Sequence record: DRR723986_6582
Length of the DNA: 20,000 nucleotides
Strand: one strand, 5' to 3'
Shown: in pieces, positions 1 to 9,348 of the stretch
How positions within the stretch are numbered: position 1 is the first letter of the stretch
Layout of the letters: the number at the start of each line of letters is the position of its first letter
The notes under the pieces: model-generated
What the model was told of the DNA's origin: nothing
What the model saw: only the letters and a program-made list of their open reading frames with translations
Database searches by the model: none
Program-made: the position numbers and the translations under genes

Positions 1-119
1 AACCGGTGTTGGGCGACCACATTCGATGGCAGAACATGATCTGGACGGTCGCCGAGATGAAAGGCAAACGCATCAGCAAAATAGGCTTGCGCAGCGACTC
101 AACCGAGGGCTTGCCCTAG
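1..119 (+). CDS. cvrA: 3' end of K+/H+ antiporter CvrA/NhaP2 (C-terminal CorC/HlyC transporter-associated domain), partial
   Basis: Not in the ORF track. My translation from position 3 gives PVLGDHIRWQNMIWTVAEMKGKRISKIGLRSDSTEGLP* (TAG 117-119). This resembles the CvrA C-terminus as I recall it (PVVGDQVEFAGMIWTVAE...KIG). Confidence 0.75.
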   Translation, partial: PVLGDHIRWQNMIWTVAEMKGKRISKIGLRSDSTEGLP

Positions 120-204
120 GGCTCCTTTACGCTAGTTACGTTACGCCCGCTGCGGCTAAAAATTGCCACCCCAGCAAGTGCAATTCAATGAGTGTGAGCG
201 GGCC

Positions 205-996
205 CTAGAATAGGGATTTCATCGTACCGCCATCAACCACCAACGATGAGCCAGTGATGTAACTGGCCGCATCCGACAGCAGAAATGCACCGGCGCGACC
301 GAACTCCTCCGGCTCACCGTAACGCCCGAGCGGAATCAACGCCTCATTGGCGGCCCGTTGCTGCTCCACCGCGACTTCTCTCATCTGCGCCTGATTGGCA
401 TCCAGCGACTTTATACGGTCTGTATAGATTATCCCTGGAATCAAATTGTTAACGCGGATTTGGTCAGCAGCCAGGGAACGACTCAGACTCTTTGCCAAAC
501 TACTGACGCCCGAACGCATCACATTAGACAACAAGAGAAAATCGATCGGCTCTTTTACCGATGACGACGTCAGCATCAAAATTGCTCCCCCGCCCGCACT
601 GCGCAGGTGAGGAAGGGTTTCCCTCACTAGGCGCACCGCGCTCATCAGGGTTAAGTTGAATGCACTTTGCCAGTCATCATCGGTAAACGCGTCAAAGCCC
701 CCGGGAGGTGGTCCACCAGCATTGACCAAGACCCCATTCACCTCACCAAACTCCTCCACGCCTCGAGCCACCCAAGCGCGAATGCTCTCTGCATCAGCCA
801 TATCCAGGCCCGCGCCCACAACGCGGGTGCCGTAACGTTCCGCTAGCTGGGCTGCCGATGCCTGCGTTCGCTGCACATCGCGACTACCCAATAGCAGCGT
901 TGCTCCGGCCTGGGCCAGGTTCTCAGCGATGGCATAGCCCAACCCTTTACTGGCACCCGCCAACAAAAAGACCTTCCCGTTCACACCTAAGTCCAT
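205..996 (-). CDS. SDR family oxidoreductase (BKR-like / 3-oxoacyl-ACP reductase-like subgroup)
   Basis: Rossmann motif AGASKGLG, NAGGPPPG motif, SNVMR in place of YxxxK, and C-terminal YITGSSLVVDGG. Start moved to ATG 996 (MDLGVNGK), which is preceded by a GGAGAGAGGAA Shine-Dalgarno-like tract. Confidence 0.9.
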   Translation of the reverse strand: MDLGVNGKVFLLAGASKGLGYAIAENLAQAGATLLLGSRDVQRTQASAAQLAERYGTRVVGAGLDMADAESIRAWVARGVEEFGEVNGVLVNAGGPPPGGFDAFTDDDWQSAFNLTLMSAVRLVRETLPHLRSAGGGAILMLTSSSVKEPIDFLLLSNVMRSGVSSLAKSLSRSLAADQIRVNNLIPGIIYTDRIKSLDANQAQMREVAVEQQRAANEALIPLGRYGEPEEFGRAGAFLLSDAASYITGSSLVVDGGTMKSLF

Positions 997-1230
997 TTCC
1001 TCTCTCCTGAAACATGACACCGCAACAGCGCCCACCCACGCCATAGCGGCCTGAATTGCATCTAAACACCGACAATACCGGCCGTTAAATTATCGAAGTC
1101 GGCCACGAAAACCGCCGAATTTCGGGCTTTGTCACGGTTTTGGGGCAAAAATCGCATTTTCGTGAAAAAAAGATGACAAGCCCACTCCCAGCTGTCAACA
1201 TTGCTGTCGCATCAGCATAGAAGTGACCTT

Positions 1231-1914
1231 ATGGCCAGCAATACATCCTCCAGTTATCACCACGGCAATCTCCGTCAAGAGCTGATGGAGCTTGCAGAAA
1301 AACACTTGGTCGAGGGCGGCGTCCGCGACCTGAGCTTGCGTGCCCTCGCCCGCGAAATCGGCGTATCGCAAACCGCTCCCTATCGCCACTTTCGCGACAA
1401 AAATGCGCTACTCGCGGCTCTCGCAACAGAGGGCTTTAAACGCTTTTTTGAAATGGGGCGCCCCAGTGAAGAAGAGCCCCGGGCGGACAAAAGCTTACTC
1501 TATTTTGGCTTGGCCTATGTAAAGTTTGCCCGAGAGCACACTGAACTATTTCATCTGATGTTCGGCCCGGCCCTACAACCTCGTAACCAATACCCCGAAT
1601 TGTTTGCGGCCGGCCGCGAGGCGATCTATAAAGTGCGCGCGGGTGTGGAGCGTGGTCTCGCCAACGGCGAACTTCGCCCCTTAGACAACGTTGCATCTAT
1701 TGCCCACACGGTTTGGGCAGCCGTGCACGGCGTGACCACACTGATGCTGGACCACGCGGACACCTATGGCTACCACCGCGACTTGCACCTTCAAGCTGAA
1801 AAATCTATGCGCATGATGATCGCAGGCCTCTGCACGGACCCGAGCTACATCTCGACACTGCCTGACGAGTCGACGCACTACCCTCCAGAGTCGGCGCAGA
1901 AGGCTTCGGCATAG
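1231..1914 (+). CDS. TetR/AcrR family transcriptional regulator (WHG-type C-terminal domain)
   Basis: N-terminal YHHGNLR followed by HTH LSLRALAREIGVSQTAPYRHFRDK, and C-terminal WAAVHG. ATG 1231 preferred over TTG 1201. Confidence 0.9.
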   Translation: MASNTSSSYHHGNLRQELMELAEKHLVEGGVRDLSLRALAREIGVSQTAPYRHFRDKNALLAALATEGFKRFFEMGRPSEEEPRADKSLLYFGLAYVKFAREHTELFHLMFGPALQPRNQYPELFAAGREAIYKVRAGVERGLANGELRPLDNVASIAHTVWAAVHGVTTLMLDHADTYGYHRDLHLQAEKSMRMMIAGLCTDPSYISTLPDESTHYPPESAQKASA

Positions 1915-1921
1915 CTTTCCA

Positions 1922-4402
1922 TCACGCTCCGCGCAGTAACACTGTCGCGGAGCTGCGCAACATTTTTCGGCTACTCGTCAACACCAGCAGTGCTAATATG
2001 CCAGCCCCTGCCACACTCGCCAGCGGTATTGCCGCCCAATACAGAAGTACTTCTGACTGCATGACCCAGCGCTGAATAAAAAACAAACAAAAATTGGCAC
2101 CCAGCCCAGCTACCGCCCCGGCCAGTGCGCCCAGCAACGCAAATTCACCGATGACTACCGCGAATAAAAAACGGTTTCTGGCGCCCAAGGTTCGCAACAG
2201 CGCGTTTTCCTGTTTGCGGGTTTGGAAACTCAGCATCACATTTGCAGCGCTAATCAGTAAGGCGCTCACCAGCACCAGTAATAGCACCACAGCCAGTGCA
2301 CGAGATAGCTGCGCAACCACGCCTTGAACCTGTTTAAGTACTGCGCCAATTTCAATCAGACTGACCGTCGGGTAGCGGCCGAGCAAATCGACCAATAGCG
2401 GGCGCTGCGAGTCGTCGAGGTAAAAACTGGTAATATAGCTACCGGCGTAACTGCGCAACGCGTCCTCTGGAAACAGGAAGTAAAAGTTCGGACGCATACT
2501 TGCCCAGTCGAGCTGCCGTAAACTCGCAACCGTCGCGGTTAAATCTCTGCCGCCAACGTTAAAACGTAACGCCGTGCCCACAGTAATATTCAGGCGTTGA
2601 GCCAATTCTTGCTCCACTGACACAGGGTTTGTCTGCAACGGCTCAGCAGCCTGGCTCCACCACTGACCGGCGATCAGTTGATTGTCCTCTGGCAGCGCCT
2701 CTGACCAACTGAGATTCAACTCTCGGTCCACACCCGTATTTCGGGTTTCCAGGCCCTCGATATCCTGCAATGGCATGTTGTCGATTTCTACGAGGCGACC
2801 ACGAACCATTGGATACAAGCCCGCGTGGTGAATACGGCGTTCAGCGAGGAAGGCCTCCAGCGGCTCGACATCACGATCGGCAATATTGATCAAAAAGTAG
2901 TTGGGCGTGTCCTCAGCTACCTGTTGCTGCCAGTCCTTAAGGAGTAATTCCCGTAACAGCAGTAAACTCACCAACACCATCAAGGCAAGGGCGATGCTGG
3001 CAGTTTGAAAAGCGTTGGCGTAACGCCGCCGATAAATGCTCGACACAGCCAGGTGTTGAACACTGCCCGGCAGTCGACGGCTGAGGCGACGAATACCTGT
3101 CAGCGCCATAAGCACGACGCCAGCCGCCGCCACAAGTAACACTGAACAACCCAGCATCAGCGCAATGACCAGTGAGAGATCTCCGCTATACCAGTACATC
3201 AGCAGTCCTAAGCCCGCAGCCCCGGCGGCAGTCGCAAGGCGAACCCCACCCTCGAGCGATTCATCGCGGCGCAACACGTGAACGGGCGATACGCGGCTCA
3301 AACGCACTATCGGTGGCATGGCAAAGCACAACAGGCACAACGCTGCACTGACAATAGCCATCCAAAGCGGTCGCAAACTTCCAGCCGGCGGGGTTGCAGA
3401 CACCAGGTCACTGAGGCTGACAAACAACAAATATTGCACCGCAACGCCAACCAAGCCTCCCAGCACCGAGGCAAGAAGCAATACCAGCAGTAACTGCCGA
3501 AGGTAGTGCAGTAAGATATATCGCCGACTCGCCCCCAATGTTTTCATTAAGGCCACCGCGTCAATGTTGCGCTGGCCGTAGCGCTGGGCCGCCAGCGCAA
3601 TGGCCGCCCCCGCCAGTGCCAAGGTAAGGCTAGCAGCCAGTAGAAGGTACTCTTCTGCGCGCGCCAAAGCGCTGGCCAGCGCTGGCTGGTTGTCTTCGAT
3701 ATTCAGCCACTTTTGCCCCGGCAACAAACTGGCGCTGAGAGTTTGCCGATATGCCGCGAATGCCGCGTCATCGCCGGCAAAAAGATAGCGGTAATCCACA
3801 ACGCTCCCGGGCTGTACCACCTCGGTGGCACCCAGGTCTTCCAGATTCATTAGCCCGCGAGGGCCGTAGATATTCAACGCAGAACTGCGGTCGGGCTCAT
3901 CAACCAATACCCGCGTTGCCACTAGCGCTTTTTCCCCTACCTCAACGGTCTGACCCAGGGTAATACCGAGCGTCGCCATCGCCCGTGAATCCAGCCAAAC
4001 CTCCCCTGCCAATGGCCCGTGCTCAACCCCCTCCCCATCAGCAAACATCTGCTTGGCTGCGCGAAGCTCGCCCCTCAATGGGTAGGATGCGGAGGCCGCA
4101 CGCATAGACACCAGCAACATCTCTTCACTGGCATAGACCATTGTGCGAAACGCCACAAGCTGCGCTGTGCGCAGGCCCTCAGAGCGCGCGTTATCCAGCC
4201 ATTGCGGCTCTATCGGTCGCGGGCTGGTCAGCACATGATCTGCAGCCAAAAAGGTGCGACTTTGCGTCGCCATCGTCGCTTGTAAACGTTCTGAGAAACC
4301 GGCAATACCACTAACGCTGGCGACCGCTAGGCTAAGGGCGATACACAATAAGCCCAGCTCGCCACCGCGCCAGGCGCGCAGCCATTGCTTGAGCATCAAC
4401 AT
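1922..4402 (-). CDS. ybbP: ABC transporter permease, YbbP/AttF-G (FtsX-type, duplicated) family
   Basis: 826 aa with two FtsX-like halves (ALMKTLGAS, ALLRTLGAR), PNYFLINI, YPMVRGRL, RELNLSW and DWASMRPNF motifs. Its start overlaps the ybbA stop codon (ATGTTGATG). Confidence 0.88.
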   Translation of the reverse strand: MLMLKQWLRAWRGGELGLLCIALSLAVASVSGIAGFSERLQATMATQSRTFLAADHVLTSPRPIEPQWLDNARSEGLRTAQLVAFRTMVYASEEMLLVSMRAASASYPLRGELRAAKQMFADGEGVEHGPLAGEVWLDSRAMATLGITLGQTVEVGEKALVATRVLVDEPDRSSALNIYGPRGLMNLEDLGATEVVQPGSVVDYRYLFAGDDAAFAAYRQTLSASLLPGQKWLNIEDNQPALASALARAEEYLLLAASLTLALAGAAIALAAQRYGQRNIDAVALMKTLGASRRYILLHYLRQLLLVLLLASVLGGLVGVAVQYLLFVSLSDLVSATPPAGSLRPLWMAIVSAALCLLCFAMPPIVRLSRVSPVHVLRRDESLEGGVRLATAAGAAGLGLLMYWYSGDLSLVIALMLGCSVLLVAAAGVVLMALTGIRRLSRRLPGSVQHLAVSSIYRRRYANAFQTASIALALMVLVSLLLLRELLLKDWQQQVAEDTPNYFLINIADRDVEPLEAFLAERRIHHAGLYPMVRGRLVEIDNMPLQDIEGLETRNTGVDRELNLSWSEALPEDNQLIAGQWWSQAAEPLQTNPVSVEQELAQRLNITVGTALRFNVGGRDLTATVASLRQLDWASMRPNFYFLFPEDALRSYAGSYITSFYLDDSQRPLLVDLLGRYPTVSLIEIGAVLKQVQGVVAQLSRALAVVLLLVLVSALLISAANVMLSFQTRKQENALLRTLGARNRFLFAVVIGEFALLGALAGAVAGLGANFCLFFIQRWVMQSEVLLYWAAIPLASVAGAGILALLVLTSSRKMLRSSATVLLRGA

Positions 4403-5076
4403 GGGCGTTGCCGCGGTAATTCTGACAACTCACCATCGTACATTTCAAACACTCGTTCGCAGTGGTCTGCCAAGCCCTGCTCATGGGTCACCAGTACCAA
4501 TGTAGTGCCTTTGTCTCGGTTCAAGCTGAACAGCAGCTCGGTGATATGGGCGCCGGTTTTCGCATCAAGATTGCCGGTAGGTTCATCGGCAAACAGGATC
4601 GCGGGCTCACTGGCAAAAGCGCGCGCTATCGCTACCCGTTGCTGTTCACCACCGGAGAGCAGCCGCGGATAGTGGTGCTGCCGATGTCCTAACTCCAGTT
4701 CTTCAAGCAGCGTTGACGCGCGCTGACGCGGCGCCTCCATACCTGCCAACTCTAGCGGCAGCATCACATTCTCCAGTGCCGTTAGTGAGGGCAGCAGCTG
4801 GAAGGACTGAAACACAAACCCCACCGAGCGTGCCCGCAGCGCCGCCCGTTGATCCTCACTCATGGACGCCAAAGACTGGCCTTGAAGCAGAACATCACCT
4901 TCGCTCGGCGAGTCCAGGCCTGCCAACAAACCTAGCAACGTAGACTTCCCCGACCCAGACGGCCCAACAATTGCCGCGCTCTGCCCCGCCTTGATTTCGA
5001 GATCGATCCCTTTCAGTATTCGTAGCTCGCCATCACCACTGGGGACTGTCTTGCTGAGCTTTTCAACTTTTATCAT
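4396..5076 (-). CDS. ybbA: ABC transporter ATP-binding protein (YbbA, LolD-like)
   Basis: Walker A GPSGSGKST, signature LSGGEQQRV, Walker B ILFADEPTGNLD, H-loop VTH. Conserved synteny with tesA and ybbP. Confidence 0.92.
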   Translation of the reverse strand: MIKVEKLSKTVPSGDGELRILKGIDLEIKAGQSAAIVGPSGSGKSTLLGLLAGLDSPSEGDVLLQGQSLASMSEDQRAALRARSVGFVFQSFQLLPSLTALENVMLPLELAGMEAPRQRASTLLEELELGHRQHHYPRLLSGGEQQRVAIARAFASEPAILFADEPTGNLDAKTGAHITELLFSLNRDKGTTLVLVTHEQGLADHCERVFEMYDGELSELPRQRPC

Positions 5077-5713
5077 TCGCCTTCCTGTACTGCATTTGCT
5101 GGTCGTCGCCTGCGGCTTTGCGTTTAGTGTATCGCTCCATGCTCAGGACCGCAGTAGCCCGCGACTACTTATTCTTGGTGATAGCCTCAGCGCCGCCTAT
5201 GGCATGGCGCCTGAAAAGGGTTGGGTCGCCCTACTCGCCCGCGACTTAGCCGACAGTGCAACCATTATTAATGCCAGTGTTAGCGGCGAAACGACCGAAG
5301 GAGGCCTGCAGCGCTTGCCGGGCTTGTTGCAAGAGCACGCCCCGGACGTCGTGGTGCTCGAGTTGGGCGGCAACGATGGTTTGCGGGGCTACCCACTGAC
5401 ACGTGTACGCAACACGCTGAGCGAAATGATCACCCTGAGCAGAGAAAGCGGCGCAAAAATACTCCTTGTGGGAATGCGCATTCCGCCCAACTACGGGCGG
5501 CGCTACAGCCTGGGGTTTGAGAAAATCTATCCGGCATTGGCCGAGGAGCACACGCTGCCGCTTGTGCCCTTTTTACTCGAAGGCATCGCCGGGGACGCCA
5601 CACTAATGCAGAATGACGGCATCCACCCCAACGCCCAGGCACAACCTGCGATGGCGGCTACGGTGGGCGATGCACTTCGGCCAATATTGATGGCGCTGGA
5701 AGAAAAAAACTAG
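5051..5713 (+). CDS. tesA: Arylesterase / acyl-CoA thioesterase I (SGNH/GDSL hydrolase), periplasmic
   Basis: GDSLS block I, NASVSGETT, ELGGNDGLRG and DGIHPN. Hydrophobic signal-like segment ending SLHA. Start is uncertain (in-frame TTG at 4991, 5051 or 5096). Confidence 0.88.
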   Translation: MLSFSTFIIRLPVLHLLVVACGFAFSVSLHAQDRSSPRLLILGDSLSAAYGMAPEKGWVALLARDLADSATIINASVSGETTEGGLQRLPGLLQEHAPDVVVLELGGNDGLRGYPLTRVRNTLSEMITLSRESGAKILLVGMRIPPNYGRRYSLGFEKIYPALAEEHTLPLVPFLLEGIAGDATLMQNDGIHPNAQAQPAMAATVGDALRPILMALEEKN

Positions 5714-7092
5714 GCGTGTAAGCCTCCTCGAGTAAGCCGCTCCGGGTCGAGATAGCCTAATAATTCCTCGCGGGAATATGTCGTCATCTCTTCGGCAACA
5801 TCGAGGATATCGCGCTGTTCGCTGTATGCTCGCTTTGCAATCTCAGCCGCCCTCAAATAGCCAATTAGCGGGTTTAACGCCGTTACCAACACTGGGTTTT
5901 TAGCCAGAGCAGCCCGTAAATTGTTGTGATTTACCTGGAAATCAACAATGCATTGATCGGCCAGAGCAGTGCATGACGACGCCATCACATCGATACTCTG
6001 CAGCAGGTTATAGGCAATCACCGGCAACATCACATTCAGCTGAAAATTACCCGACTGCCCTGCCATGGCAATGCAGGCATCATTGCCGACCACCTGCGCA
6101 CAAGCCATCGCTACCGCTTCGGGAATTACCGGATTAACCTTACCGGGCATAATACTGCTACCCGGTTGCAGCGCCCGCAGCTGAATTTCGCCCAGTCCTG
6201 AGAGCGGCCCGCTGTTCATCCAGCGCAAGTCATTACTGATTTTCGTCAGAGCCACCGCCAGCGTTTTCAATTGCGACGATGCCGACACCGCCGTGTCCTG
6301 GCAGGAGATACCCTCAAAAAAATTATTGTTCGGCCGGAAATCGGTATGGGTGTTGCGAGAAATCACCTCGCAAAATGCCGCCGAAAAGCCCTGCGGCGCA
6401 TTCACACCGGTACCGACCGCCGTGCCGCCCTGGCTTAACAGCCGCAATTCCGACAGGACATGCTGCAGACGCGCCTGTGCCTTCTCAAGCTGACAAGACC
6501 ACGCCGACATCTCTTGGGCAAGTGTCATCGGCATGGCATCCATTAAATGTGTTCTGCCCGTTTTGACTACGCCTGTCATCGCGCCAGCGCGTTCATCAAT
6601 CGTCGCCTGCAAACGCTTCACCGCTGGGATCAATATTTCCTGCAGCTTAATGGCGGCGCTGCAGTGTATCGCTGTCGGCACCACATCATTGCTGCTCTGG
6701 CTCATATTCACGTGGTCGTTGGCACTGATGGACAGGCCAGACATCTCACTCGCGAGGGTCGCCACCACCTCATTGACGTTCATATTTGTACTGGTACCCG
6801 AGCCAGTCTGAAACACGTCAACGGGAAATTGGTCGCGAAATTCACCCGCCAATACGCGGTCCACTGCTTGAATAATGGCCTCACTAATCTCGGCGTCCAG
6901 CACACCCAGTTCGGCATTGACCTCAGCGGCCGCGCGCTTGATATGCAATACCGCGTCAATAAAGCTGCCGGGAAGTGTCAGCGAACTGATCTGAAAGTTG
7001 TCCAATGCCCGCTGGGTTTGGGCGGAAAACTTGGCATCCGCCGGCACGCTGACGTCGCCCATGCTGTCGGTTACCACACGAAATTGGCTCAT
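5710..7092 (-). CDS. fumC: Class II fumarate hydratase
   Basis: FQTGSGTSTNMNVNEV, GRTHLMDA and the fumarate lyase signature PGSSIMPGKVNP. Length 460 aa. Confidence 0.93.
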   Translation of the reverse strand: MSQFRVVTDSMGDVSVPADAKFSAQTQRALDNFQISSLTLPGSFIDAVLHIKRAAAEVNAELGVLDAEISEAIIQAVDRVLAGEFRDQFPVDVFQTGSGTSTNMNVNEVVATLASEMSGLSISANDHVNMSQSSNDVVPTAIHCSAAIKLQEILIPAVKRLQATIDERAGAMTGVVKTGRTHLMDAMPMTLAQEMSAWSCQLEKAQARLQHVLSELRLLSQGGTAVGTGVNAPQGFSAAFCEVISRNTHTDFRPNNNFFEGISCQDTAVSASSQLKTLAVALTKISNDLRWMNSGPLSGLGEIQLRALQPGSSIMPGKVNPVIPEAVAMACAQVVGNDACIAMAGQSGNFQLNVMLPVIAYNLLQSIDVMASSCTALADQCIVDFQVNHNNLRAALAKNPVLVTALNPLIGYLRAAEIAKRAYSEQRDILDVAEEMTTYSREELLGYLDPERLTRGGLHA

Positions 7093-7203
7093 CTGTTGCC
7101 TCCAATCGAGTTATCGCAATGGCCTCCAGTATCCCTACCGCGCTCGGCAGATGCAAAACGCGGCGTCAGCTTCTAGAATAGCTGGCCAGCAACGGAGACC
7201 GCT

Positions 7204-8511
7204 ATGCACGATTACAGCAATATCGACACAAGCACTTGGCTCGCTTGGGATCGCGATCATATCTGGCACCCCTATGCGTCTGCGCTATCCGCGCCAGAGA
7301 TGTTCCCGGTTAAATCTGCCAGTGGTGTTGAAATTGTATTGGCGGACGACAGGCGCTTAATCGATGGCATGTCGTCTTGGTGGTCGGCGATTCACGGCTA
7401 CAATCATCCCGTGTTAAACGACGCCGCACAGCGTCAGCTGGCAGACATGTCCCACGTTATGTTCGGCGGCCTGACCCACGCCCCCGCGGCAACACTCGGC
7501 AAGCGGCTGGTCGACCTGACGCCGCCACCCCTGCAGCGAGTATTTATTTCTGACTCGGGGTCAGTCGCGGTTGAAGTCGCGATTAAAATGGCGCTGCAAT
7601 ACTGGATCGCCAAGGGGCAATCAGCAAAGCATCGACTTATCGCGCTACGCAATGGTTATCATGGCGACACCTTTGCCACGATGGCAGTGTGTGATCCCGT
7701 CAATGGTATGCACCATTTATTCAGCTCGGTGTTGAGTCAGCAACTGTTTGCAGAGGCGCCACAAACACCATTTGGACAGGCAGCCAGCGATGGCGATATG
7801 GCCTCGGTGGAAGCGCTGCTTCACGAGCACCATGGCGACGTTGCGGCCGTTATTGTCGAACCCATCGTGCAAGGGGCTGGCGGCATGCGATTTTATTCTG
7901 CCGACTATTTACGCCGCCTGCGCGCGCTATGCGACCGCTATGATGTATTGCTGATTCACGACGAAATTGCCACCGGTTTCGGCCGTACAGGTAAACTTTT
8001 CGCCTGTGAGCACGCCGACATCAGCCCCGACATTATGTGCGTTGGCAAGGGGCTAACCGGCGGTTATCTAAGCCTTGCTGCTACCCTGTGCACTGAAGAT
8101 ATTGCTCAAGGTATTTGCCAGGGTGAGGCCGGCGTATTTATGCACGGCCCGACTTTTATGGGGAACCCTCTGGCTTGCGCCATCGCCAATGCCAGCATCG
8201 ACCTGCTGCTTGCCAACGACTGGCAGGGCAATATCCAGCGTATCGAGCAGGGATTAAAACAAGGCTTATCACCGGCCAGCGAGATCCCGGGCGTTGCGGA
8301 TGTGCGCTGCCTCGGCGGCATCGGCGTGATTGAAATGGCCGAACCGGTGACGATGGCCTCTATTCAGCGCCGCTTCGTCGATCACGGTGTTTGGATTCGG
8401 CCCTTTGGAAAACTCATCTATACCATGCCGCCCTACATCATTGACGACGAGCAACTGGCATCCCTCTGCCGGGAGATTATCGCGGTTATTCGTGAGGAAC
8501 AGGCACAATGA
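7204..8511 (+). CDS. bioA: Adenosylmethionine-8-amino-7-oxononanoate aminotransferase
   Basis: IWHPY, DGMSSWW, SGSVAVEVAIKMALQYW, GYHGDT, DEIATGFGRTG, PLP lysine in GKGLTGGY, HGPTFMGNPLA. Confidence 0.96.
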   Translation: MHDYSNIDTSTWLAWDRDHIWHPYASALSAPEMFPVKSASGVEIVLADDRRLIDGMSSWWSAIHGYNHPVLNDAAQRQLADMSHVMFGGLTHAPAATLGKRLVDLTPPPLQRVFISDSGSVAVEVAIKMALQYWIAKGQSAKHRLIALRNGYHGDTFATMAVCDPVNGMHHLFSSVLSQQLFAEAPQTPFGQAASDGDMASVEALLHEHHGDVAAVIVEPIVQGAGGMRFYSADYLRRLRALCDRYDVLLIHDEIATGFGRTGKLFACEHADISPDIMCVGKGLTGGYLSLAATLCTEDIAQGICQGEAGVFMHGPTFMGNPLACAIANASIDLLLANDWQGNIQRIEQGLKQGLSPASEIPGVADVRCLGGIGVIEMAEPVTMASIQRRFVDHGVWIRPFGKLIYTMPPYIIDDEQLASLCREIIAVIREEQAQ

Positions 8512-9323
8512 CAGGCGATACCTTCAAGGAGCGCCTTCGTGAGATCATCTTCGGCACAGAGCCAGGTCTGGGCAGGAACTTCGACATCGCGCTTATCATC
8601 GTCATTATCGCGAGCGTTTTAGCCCTATTTTTGGACTCCGTGGAGCCCCTGCATGCCGCCTATGGCGAGCTTTTTTACACTGCAGAAATCGCCTTTACCG
8701 TGCTGTTTAGTATCGAGTACCTAGCGCGAATATACTGCTCTGTAGACCGAAAACGCTACATCACCAGCTTCTACGGCATCGTCGATCTGCTAGCGACACT
8801 GCCCACCTACCTGGCGTTAATTTTACCCGGCGCCCAGCATTTGCTGGTGATTCGCATCTTTCGCGTACTGCGTATTTTCCGCGTGTTTAAGCTTTTCAAG
8901 TACATGTCTGAGGCGAATATTCTGGTGCGCTCGATCAAATCGTCGCGCCACAAAATTACCGTGTTCTTCATCACCGTCGTCACACTGGTCATCGTCTTTG
9001 GTTCTTTGATGTATTTGGTCGAAGGGCCTGAAAATGGCTTCACGAGTCTGCCGCAAAGCATCTACTGGGCCATCGTCACCGTCACGACAGTCGGCTACGG
9101 GGATATTGTTCCCCATTCGCCCCTGGGGCGCGCCATCGCAGCGATGGCAATGGTTACCAGCTACGCCATCATTGCCATCCCAACCGGGATACTCAGCGCG
9201 GAGCTCGTGCAAGAAAACCAACGTCAGGCAGGCTTAAAGCGTTGCACGTCTTGCCAACAGGGCAACCACGAACGCGACGCCATTCACTGCAAATACTGCG
9301 GTGAATTGCTGCCTGAGCAATGA
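8508..9323 (+). CDS. 6TM voltage-gated-type potassium channel (ion transporter) with C-terminal zinc ribbon
   Basis: S4-like IRIFRVLRIFRVFKLFK, selectivity filter TTVGYGD, and C-terminal CTSC...CKYC. ATGA overlap with the bioA stop. Confidence 0.9.
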   Translation: MTGDTFKERLREIIFGTEPGLGRNFDIALIIVIIASVLALFLDSVEPLHAAYGELFYTAEIAFTVLFSIEYLARIYCSVDRKRYITSFYGIVDLLATLPTYLALILPGAQHLLVIRIFRVLRIFRVFKLFKYMSEANILVRSIKSSRHKITVFFITVVTLVIVFGSLMYLVEGPENGFTSLPQSIYWAIVTVTTVGYGDIVPHSPLGRAIAAMAMVTSYAIIAIPTGILSAELVQENQRQAGLKRCTSCQQGNHERDAIHCKYCGELLPEQ

Positions 9324-9348
9324 ACTGACACTTCGAGATTCGCGCGCT

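Noticed and set aside
113..203. Palindrome GCCCTAGGGC, three TTACG copies and a 7-bp inverted repeat between cvrA and the SDR
   Set aside because: Too short and irregular to call an sRNA, REP or terminator. No second copy was seen in the window.
26..208. 60-aa ORF on + strand
   Set aside because: It is out of frame with the recognisable cvrA C-terminus (3-119) and has no recognisable motif.
6547..7176. 209-aa antisense ORF within fumC
   Set aside because: Typical shadow ORF opposite a conserved, codon-biased gene, with no domain-like features.
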